A DNA stretch of 52,259 nucleotides from Bradyrhizobium sp. (GTDB lineage Bacteria > Pseudomonadota > Alphaproteobacteria > Rhizobiales > Xanthobacteraceae), in the NCBI GenBank assembly GCA_040392305.1, contig JBEBWH010000001.1, forward strand, positions 1-52,259, written 5' to 3'. Shown piece by piece: positions 45,977-52,259 of the stretch (position 1 is its first letter; each line of letters opens with the position of its first letter). The position numbers were made by a program, and so were the translations under genes. The notes beneath the pieces were generated by a model. The model was not told where the DNA came from and ran no database searches. It worked only from the letters and a program-made list of their open reading frames with translations.

Positions 45977-46861
45977 ATGAAGCTGCCTAACTTTGAGTAC
46001 GCTTCCCCTTCGACGATATCTGAAGCGATAAGCTTGCTCGCTTCACGCGACGGCAATGCAACGGTCATATCCGGCGGGCAAAGTTTGATGCCAATGTTGG
46101 CATTCCGGCTTGCCTCGCCTGAATTGCTCGTCGATCTCAAGCGATTGAAGGGTCTCGATACCATCGATATTCGCGACGATGGCGTGCGGCTGGGAGCCAA
46201 GGTCCGTTGGTGCGATATTGAAAGCAACAGTCGATTGACGCGGAGCCATCCGTTACTGGCCGAGGCGATCAAGCACGTAGCCCACTATCAGGTTCGCAAC
46301 CGAGGGACGGTGGGTGGGTCGTTGGCGCATGCAGACCCATCGGCGGAAATGCCGGGCGTGACAATGGCCTGCGATGGATCGATTACCATTGTCGGGAGTC
46401 GCGGCGTGAGGATTGAAAAGGCCGCCGATTTCTTCGTCGGTCCGTTGACTACCTCTCTTGAGCCAGACGAGATCATCACGGAAGTGCATCTTCCGAGCTG
46501 GCCCGCCGACAGACGATGGGCGTTTTGTGAATTTGCTCGCAGAAAGGGCGATTTCGCCATGGCGGGCGTGGCATTGTTCTATGATCTTGATGAGCAAGAT
46601 CGTGCAGTCGATGCTCGCATTGGTGTCATCGGCGTTTCGGATTGTCCCAAAAGATTGACTGAGGCTGAGGCATCGCTGAATGGTAATGCGGTCACCGAGG
46701 AAGTTATCTCGGCTGTTGTGGCTGCCGCAAAAGATTCTGTTGATCCGCCATCCGACATTCATGCGTCGGGAGCTTACCGACGTGCCTTGCTAGGCACGCT
46801 GCTGAGTCGTGCTCTCCAGCAGTCGGCTTCACGGGAAAAAAACAATGCAAGTCCAGTTTGA
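45977..46861 (+). CDS. molybdenum hydroxylase FAD-binding (medium, CoxM/XdhB-like) subunit
   Basis: 294 aa. AGGAGA RBS. 'FEYASPSTISEAISLLA....ATVISGGQSLMPMLAFRL' and 'RNRGTVGGSLAHADP' are canonical for the FAD_binding_5 family. Confidence 0.88.
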   Translation: MKLPNFEYASPSTISEAISLLASRDGNATVISGGQSLMPMLAFRLASPELLVDLKRLKGLDTIDIRDDGVRLGAKVRWCDIESNSRLTRSHPLLAEAIKHVAHYQVRNRGTVGGSLAHADPSAEMPGVTMACDGSITIVGSRGVRIEKAADFFVGPLTTSLEPDEIITEVHLPSWPADRRWAFCEFARRKGDFAMAGVALFYDLDEQDRAVDARIGVIGVSDCPKRLTEAEASLNGNAVTEEVISAVVAAAKDSVDPPSDIHASGAYRRALLGTLLSRALQQSASREKNNASPV

Positions 46862-47315
46862 ACTGAACGGAGAGGCTGTCGTCGCGGACGTCGAGCCTCG
46901 CACTACGCTTGCCGATTGTCTACGGGATGGCTTGCGGAAAACTGGAACTCACGTCGGATGCGAGCACGGTGTATGTGGCGCCTGTACCGTTCTCGTTAAT
47001 GGCGATGCTGTGCGTTCTTGTCTTGTGTTAGCTGTTCAGGTGGAGGGCGATAAGGTCGTGACTATCGAGGGGCTGTCAGGAGATGAGCTTTCACCGTTGC
47101 AGGCGGCATTTCGCAAGCATCACGCACTTCAGTGCGGTTTCTGTACCCCAGGATTCATCACGACGGCCCATGCACTGCTCACCAAAGAATCCAATGTAGA
47201 TGCTGAGCGGGTCCGGAATGTCCTCTCCGGCAATCTTTGCAGGTGTACCGGCTATCTTCCGATTGTCGAGGCTGTTCTGGACGCTCGCATCCATTATGCA
47301 CCGAGCGAGAAATAG
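46845..47315 (+). CDS. (2Fe-2S)-binding small subunit (CoxS-like)
   Basis: ATG 46845 (17-nt overlap with the previous gene). 'GCEHGVCGACTV' and 'QCGFCTPGF...CRCTGY' cluster motifs. Confidence 0.9.
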   Translation: MQVQFELNGEAVVADVEPRTTLADCLRDGLRKTGTHVGCEHGVCGACTVLVNGDAVRSCLVLAVQVEGDKVVTIEGLSGDELSPLQAAFRKHHALQCGFCTPGFITTAHALLTKESNVDAERVRNVLSGNLCRCTGYLPIVEAVLDARIHYAPSEK

Positions 47316-47318
47316 ACG

Positions 47319-49613
47319 ATGAAGGTGTCGAACTCCCACATCGGGCGACCGATGGAGCGTATCGAAGATTTGCGCATGGTGCGAGGACGGGGCACCTATG
47401 TTGCCGACGTCAATCGATCCGACCAGCTCTATGCGGTGATAATGCGCAGCTCTGTTGCGCACGGAAAAATCCACTCGATCGAATTTAGCCGGGCTCTTGA
47501 ATTGCCGGGTGTGAAGCTTGTCCTGACCGCTGCGGATCTAGGTGCGGCTGTACCGCGGATTCCTGTTCGCTTGCAGCCGCTGCCGGAGCTTGAGCCATTT
47601 CACCAGCCGATGCTTGCAGACGGGAAAGTTCGCTACGTCGGTGAACCTGTCGCTGTCGTGATTGCCGAAAGCGCAGCTATCGCGGAAGACGCACTGGAGC
47701 ATATCGACCTTAACATTGAGCGTTTGCGCGCAATTACCAACCGGGAGCAAGTCGAGGCTGCGCCGTCGGTACTCTTCGAAGATCATGGCTCCAACACCGC
47801 GATCACATGGAAGGCGTTTCTTGGAGACGCTGACGCAGCATTTAAGGCCGCAGAGTATATTCGCAGGGAAAAATTCCAGATTCAGCGCCACACTGCGATG
47901 TTTATGGAGCCCAGAGGATTTGTCGCGGAGTGGGACAGCAATGCGTCGAATTTGACGGTGTGGGGAGCTGCAAAGCTAGCGTGGCACAATCGTCGTGTGC
48001 TCGCCGCGGCGCTAGGCGTGAACGAAGACGCCGTGAATCTCGTTGAGGTCGATGTGGGAGGCGGGTTCGGGTCTCGTGGAGAATTCTATCCCGAGGACTA
48101 TCTAATTCCCGCGGCGGCCCGGATTGTGCGTCGCCCCGTGAAATGGACGGAGGATCGGCGCGAGCACATGATGAGTTCCAACCATGCGCGCGAAATCGAA
48201 TGTGACGTTGAGATCGCTTTGAGCAAGGACGGACGTTTTCTCGGGCTTCGCGGTCAGATTTGGGCTGATATCGGTGCTTACTTGCGAACCAATGGCTCGA
48301 TGGGGCCAAGAAACGTCGCGCAGTTCCTGTGTGGTCCGTATTGTTTCGACAACATTGATCTGAAGTGTTCGATGCTGACGACGAACAAGACGCCTAGCGG
48401 CAGCTATCGGGGGCCAGGCAGGTTCGAGGCTGATTTTATCCGGGAGCGCTTGATCGATATCGTCGCGAAAGAACTGGACATCGATCGCCTCGAAATACGT
48501 CGCCGCAATCTGGTCGCGGACAGCCAGATGCCATACCGGCTGCCGTACATCACCCCGTCCGATAGTTCAAACGAACTCGACAGCGGAGATTACCATGCAG
48601 TGTTCGAACGTTGTCTTCAGGAGTTTAATTGGGAGGAAAAGAGCAAGCTGCGGGGGAAGCTGATAGAGGGCTACTATCACGGCCTCGGAATCGGCAGTTT
48701 TATCGAAGGAGGCGCTGCCGGGCCTAAGGAGGATGCTCGTCTCGTCCTTGAGGTTGACGGTTCTCTCTCGGTGTATCTCGGTTCTTCGGCGATCGGCCAG
48801 GGTCTGGAAACGATTATGGCTCAGATCGCGGCGGACGCGACCGAGCTTCCAATCGAGAAGATCACCGTCAATCATGGATCGACGAGCGATGTAAAGGATG
48901 GCTACGGCTCCTATCATTCTCGCTCCACTGTCATGGGCGGCTCGTCGATTTTACTCGCGGCAGAGAAACTGAAGGAATTGATACGCGAAACCGCAGCGAA
49001 GCGGTTCAACTGCCGCCCTGCTGAAGTTCTTATCGAGGGCGAGGAAATTAGTTGTGCGGGCAGTCGTCTGTCGCTTTCAATGCTGTCAGACGAGCCGTTG
49101 GAGGTCGAAGCCTCTTTCTACAATGCCAAGCACACGTGGGCTTATGGGACGCAGGCGGCGCATGTCGCGGTGGATCCGGAAACCGGAGAAGTCAAGGTGA
49201 TTGACTATCTTTCGATCGAAGACGTTGGCCGAATGATCAATCCCCTGACACTACATGGACAGGCGGTCGGGTCCATCGTTCAAGGTCTTGGCGGAGCGCT
49301 TCTGGAGCACCTTGTTTACGATGCAGAAGGTCAGCTTCTCACCGGATCGTTTGCCGATTACTTGTTGCCGACGGCGTCCGACTTCCCGAGCATTCGTTCG
49401 ATCACGCTTGAGTTGAAGCCGTGTCCCAACAATCCATTGGGGGCGAAAGGTGCAGGCGAGGGTGGCGTAATTCCGGTGGGAGGAGTTATCGGTAATGCGG
49501 TTGCGGATGCGCTGTCTCATTTCAATGTGCAGCCGTCGGAGCTACCGCTATCTCCCCCTCGGGTCTGGGAATTGATTGAACAGGCGCGCCAGCACAAATC
49601 TGGTCTTACTTAG
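47319..49613 (+). CDS. molybdopterin-binding large subunit (xanthine dehydrogenase/CoxL family, non-CODH active-site loop)
   Basis: 764 aa. 'GGGFGSRGEFYPED', 'PSGSYRGPGRFEADF', 'GAKGAGEGGVIP'. Lacks the AYxCSFR motif of genuine CO dehydrogenases. Confidence 0.9.
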   Translation: MKVSNSHIGRPMERIEDLRMVRGRGTYVADVNRSDQLYAVIMRSSVAHGKIHSIEFSRALELPGVKLVLTAADLGAAVPRIPVRLQPLPELEPFHQPMLADGKVRYVGEPVAVVIAESAAIAEDALEHIDLNIERLRAITNREQVEAAPSVLFEDHGSNTAITWKAFLGDADAAFKAAEYIRREKFQIQRHTAMFMEPRGFVAEWDSNASNLTVWGAAKLAWHNRRVLAAALGVNEDAVNLVEVDVGGGFGSRGEFYPEDYLIPAAARIVRRPVKWTEDRREHMMSSNHAREIECDVEIALSKDGRFLGLRGQIWADIGAYLRTNGSMGPRNVAQFLCGPYCFDNIDLKCSMLTTNKTPSGSYRGPGRFEADFIRERLIDIVAKELDIDRLEIRRRNLVADSQMPYRLPYITPSDSSNELDSGDYHAVFERCLQEFNWEEKSKLRGKLIEGYYHGLGIGSFIEGGAAGPKEDARLVLEVDGSLSVYLGSSAIGQGLETIMAQIAADATELPIEKITVNHGSTSDVKDGYGSYHSRSTVMGGSSILLAAEKLKELIRETAAKRFNCRPAEVLIEGEEISCAGSRLSLSMLSDEPLEVEASFYNAKHTWAYGTQAAHVAVDPETGEVKVIDYLSIEDVGRMINPLTLHGQAVGSIVQGLGGALLEHLVYDAEGQLLTGSFADYLLPTASDFPSIRSITLELKPCPNNPLGAKGAGEGGVIPVGGVIGNAVADALSHFNVQPSELPLSPPRVWELIEQARQHKSGLT

Positions 49614-49773
49614 AATGTTCGCGGCAGTGGGGAGCGCCTGAAGCCATTGCGTACTTTATAATCTAAGCTGAGGTTCGTGCTCGCAAAGGCCATTCTGTCT
49701 CAGTCTTGCATCGATTTTCGCAGAAAACTTGCATCTATGACGGAATTATGCTGTTAAGAAACTCCGAAGGCCA

Positions 49774-50919
49774 GTGAGAGGTAAAACTGTGGAGTGTTTG
49801 AACATTTCCGACGATGCTGACTGGCTCGGAGAGGCTCTTGTCCAGGAAGCGCGGGCGATCTGCCGCATTCCTTCTCCGACCTTCGCGGAAGGAAAGCGTG
49901 CGGAGTATGTGGCTGGCCGTCTCAAGGAAATGGGCCTGCAAGCGGAAATTGACGATCTGCACAATGTGACGGCGGTACTTTCCGCGGGGGGGGGCGGGGC
50001 GGCGATCATGCTGGTCGCTCACATCGATACCGTATTCCCCGAAGGAACCGATGTTGAGCCCCGTTGGGATGGTCGATTTTGGCGTGCGCCCGGCATCCGG
50101 GACAATAGTGCATCCGCTGCAATCGTGCTTCTGTTTCCGGAGTTGCTGCGCCGTAAGGCTGTGAAACTGTCAAGCGATGTTAGGTTGGCGTTTTCCGTTG
50201 GGGAAGAAGGGTTGGGTAATCTTCGCGGAATTCGCGCTTTAATGGATCGATATGCTGATGACGTCTCGGCAGTGATCGCCGTGGATGGAAACTTGGGAGT
50301 CGTCAATCACGTCGCTATCAGTGTTCGGCGGCTGGAAATTTCTATCAAAACGGAAGGTGGACATAGCTGGGCGGATGCTGGAAAGCCGAGCGCTATCCAT
50401 GTACTCGCGCGCATCGCCGGAAAGATAAGTGAAATCGCAATTCCCTCAAATCCGAAGAGCGTTCTCAATATCGGTACGGTGAGCGGCGGGACATCAGTTA
50501 ACGCAATCGCCCAACGGGCTCAGTTCTCGCTTGATATCAGGTCCGTCGACAATGCCGTTGTTGAGGAACTGGAAGCGAAAGTTCGGGGGATCATCGGATC
50601 CCTGCCTCGTGATGAGCGAGTGGGCATTGAGGTTGCCGTCATTGGAGATCGTCCTGGTGGAATGATTTCATCCGATCATCCATTGGTCGAGTCGATCCTG
50701 ACAGGTTATGCAAAAGCCGGGATTGAACCGGTGTTGTTGCCCGGAAGTACCGACGCCAACATCCCGCTCTCACGCGGCATTCCAGCTGCTTCAATGGGAG
50801 TGACCGCCGGGGGAAGTATTCACACCCTGCAGGAGTTCTTAGATCCAAAAAGTTTGCCTATTGGCGCTCTTGCGCTTTTGGAAGCCGTGATCTCGCTACA
50901 GAATGGCGCTCAACGATGA
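49774..50919 (+). CDS. M20 family metallopeptidase/amidohydrolase
   Basis: 'MLVAHIDTVFP' (HxD), 'GIRDNSAS', 'SVGEEGLGNLRG' (EE), 'GGTSVNAIA', 'GGSIHTLQEFL'. GTG start uncertain. Stop overlaps the next ATG (ATGA). Confidence 0.8.
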   Translation: MRGKTVECLNISDDADWLGEALVQEARAICRIPSPTFAEGKRAEYVAGRLKEMGLQAEIDDLHNVTAVLSAGGGGAAIMLVAHIDTVFPEGTDVEPRWDGRFWRAPGIRDNSASAAIVLLFPELLRRKAVKLSSDVRLAFSVGEEGLGNLRGIRALMDRYADDVSAVIAVDGNLGVVNHVAISVRRLEISIKTEGGHSWADAGKPSAIHVLARIAGKISEIAIPSNPKSVLNIGTVSGGTSVNAIAQRAQFSLDIRSVDNAVVEELEAKVRGIIGSLPRDERVGIEVAVIGDRPGGMISSDHPLVESILTGYAKAGIEPVLLPGSTDANIPLSRGIPAASMGVTAGGSIHTLQEFLDPKSLPIGALALLEAVISLQNGAQR

Positions 50920-52070
50920 TTACCCTGCTGCGAAATTGTCGTCTTCATGCTCCCCGTGATATGGGCACCAAGGATCTGCTGATCGCGGGCCATCGTATTG
51001 CCGCCATCGCGGACTCGTTACCGCGTTCTGCTTTTCCCAATGTCTTGGAAGTCGACTGTCAGGGAAAGGTGGTTGCGCCTGGATTTATCGACAGTCATGT
51101 TCATATCCTTGGAGGTGGCGGCAGCAATGGTCCGATTACCCGCGGCCCTGAATTAAAGTTGACCGAATTTACTCTCAACGGAACGACCACCGTCGTGGGC
51201 CTGTTAGGCGCGGACGGTTTAACACGGGACCTGATGGGACTTCTGGCCAAGGCACGGGCACTCGAACTCGAGGGCATGTCGGCCTACATTCTAATCGGCG
51301 CCTACGACTTGCCGCTTCCTTCGTTTACGGGCGATCTGAAGAAAGACATTGTTCTTGTTTCGAACGCTCTCGGCATCGGCGAGGTCGCCATCGCCGACAT
51401 GCGATCGTCACAACCGACACGTCAGGAGATCATTCGGATCGGCGCCGACGCCTGCATTGCCGGACGTCTTGCTGGGCGGGGCGGGATCGTCAACGTTCAT
51501 ATCGGACCTGGGAAGAACGGGATCGAGCTTCTTTTCGAGGCGGTAGAGCAAAGCGATCTTCCGGCGAACACCTACCTGCCAACTCACTGTAATCGAAACA
51601 GCGCGGTCCTCGACCAGATGGTGAGGTGGGCAAAGCTTGGCGGCCCTATCGACCTCACGACTATCAGGGTCATCCCGGAGTTTGTCACATGTCCTGACGC
51701 GGTGAAATACCTTTTGGCAAATCACGTCCCGCTTGAGTGCATCAGCATGAGCACTGATGGTGGCGGCGTCTTCCCGCATCTGTCAGGCAAGGATGGGAAG
51801 CCCGGGATGGCGCGATGGGAGGCCAGCGCTCTCCATCTTGAGTTCAAGGACATTGTTGATAATGGTTTGGACCTCGCATCCGCCCTCCATCTCGTAACTG
51901 CAAACCCGGCCAGACATCTGCGGCTCTATCCGCAGAAGGGAGCGATTGCGGTCGGCTCCGATGCCGATCTTGTCGTTCTGAATGAGGATCTGACGATCGA
52001 TAAAGTCATCGCTATGGGGAAGCTGATGGTCAATCAGGGGCAGGCTGTCATCCGCGGGCTTTTCGAATAG
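50916..52070 (+). CDS. iadA: beta-aspartyl (isoaspartyl) dipeptidase
   Basis: 384 aa. 'APGFIDSHVHILGGGGSNGPITRGPE...TTVVGLLGADGLTR...LLAKARALELEGMSAYILIGAY' closely follows the IadA pattern (GFID.HVH..GGGGE.GP.TR.PE). Confidence 0.85.
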   Translation: MITLLRNCRLHAPRDMGTKDLLIAGHRIAAIADSLPRSAFPNVLEVDCQGKVVAPGFIDSHVHILGGGGSNGPITRGPELKLTEFTLNGTTTVVGLLGADGLTRDLMGLLAKARALELEGMSAYILIGAYDLPLPSFTGDLKKDIVLVSNALGIGEVAIADMRSSQPTRQEIIRIGADACIAGRLAGRGGIVNVHIGPGKNGIELLFEAVEQSDLPANTYLPTHCNRNSAVLDQMVRWAKLGGPIDLTTIRVIPEFVTCPDAVKYLLANHVPLECISMSTDGGGVFPHLSGKDGKPGMARWEASALHLEFKDIVDNGLDLASALHLVTANPARHLRLYPQKGAIAVGSDADLVVLNEDLTIDKVIAMGKLMVNQGQAVIRGLFE

Positions 52071-52225
52071 CTGCGCGGTGACGTGACTTCAGACGTATTT
52101 ATTAATCGTGTGTGCGAGACGGGGGCGAGATCGATGACCACGCTTTCGGCGACGTTTCGAAGCCACGAGAGACATGGCGCATCGGTTTGAGACGAGAACA
52201 GGAAACAGGGAGGAGGAAATAAATA

Positions 52226-52259
52226 ATGACCAGTTTAGGCCGCATATTATTGGTTTCGA
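52226..52259 (+). CDS. 5' end of an unidentified gene (cut by window edge)
   Basis: ATG preceded by a strong RBS GGGAGGAGG. Only 11 codons visible (MTSLGRILLVS), hydrophobic. Confidence 0.3.
   Translation, partial: MTSLGRILLVS

Larger units (their letters stand above)
35783..52259. mobile_element. tRNA-Leu-associated genomic island (integrative element, right end beyond window)
   Basis: Starts at the tRNA 3' end. Abrupt drop from ~70% to ~50% G+C in hand-counted sample lines. P4-type integrase 184 nt downstream of the tRNA. AlpA-like gene, DUF3631 gene, serine recombinase, IS and gene fragments, then accessory catabolic genes. Confidence 0.8.

Noticed and set aside
35783-52259. attR direct repeat of the tRNA-Leu 3' end
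   Set aside because: Visual scanning found only 7-8-nt chance matches (e.g. GGGCACC at ~43808, GGGGCACC at ~47389, both inside CDSs), so no attR can be claimed in this window.
1-52259. CRISPR arrays, rRNA genes, and known defence systems (RM, TA, CBASS, retron, etc.)
   Set aside because: No regularly spaced repeats were seen, and no rRNA-like sequence. No reverse transcriptase, cyclase, methyltransferase/restriction or toxin-antitoxin pairs were recognised in any of the supported ORFs.

Overview
The window has two parts. Positions 1 to about 35,700 are very GC-rich. Hand-counted sample lines give about 70% G+C; this is a sample only, not a computed value. This part looks like ordinary alphaproteobacterial core chromosome. 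The gene content and the argH/tlpA neighbourhood suggest a Bradyrhizobium/Rhodopseudomonas-type organism, which is inference. It encodes fatty-acid and hydroxybutyrate metabolism (patatin-like lipase, bdhA, fadD, etfBA, two hbd paralogs), lysA, argH, hisE, tlpA, dsbB, an NdvA/ChvA-like glucan exporter, a DD-carboxypeptidase, two ABC substrate-binding proteins, a sensor-less hybrid histidine kinase, gluQ, an AlkA-like glycosylase and several small conserved proteins. Almost every real gene here is shadowed by long Arg/Ala/Gly-rich antisense or off-frame ORFs, which I reject. A tRNA-Leu(CAA) gene lies at 35698..35782. From its 3' end to the right edge of the window (at least 16.5 kb) the composition drops to about 50% G+C in sampled lines. 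The content there is that of an integrated genomic island: a P4-type tyrosine integrase, an AlpA-like HTH protein, orphan proteins, and an RFC/DnaX-like AAA+ module that appears split across two overlapping ORFs and joined to a DUF3631 protein. These are followed by an orphan serine recombinase and then decayed IS3-transposase and LivG-like ABC ATPase fragments. The cargo cluster follows: aspartate ammonia-lyase, an RpiR/SIS regulator, a three-subunit molybdenum hydroxylase (FAD, 2Fe-2S, Moco), an M20 peptidase and an isoaspartyl dipeptidase. The most interesting items are the split clamp-loader-like/DUF3631 gene, the unusual enzyme combination in the cargo cluster with its tandem 13-bp candidate operator, a G9 tract inside the M20 gene, and a roughly 700-bp island segment with no convincing gene. 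No attR copy of the tRNA 3' end was seen, so the island probably continues past the window. No CRISPR array, rRNA or recognisable defence system was seen.
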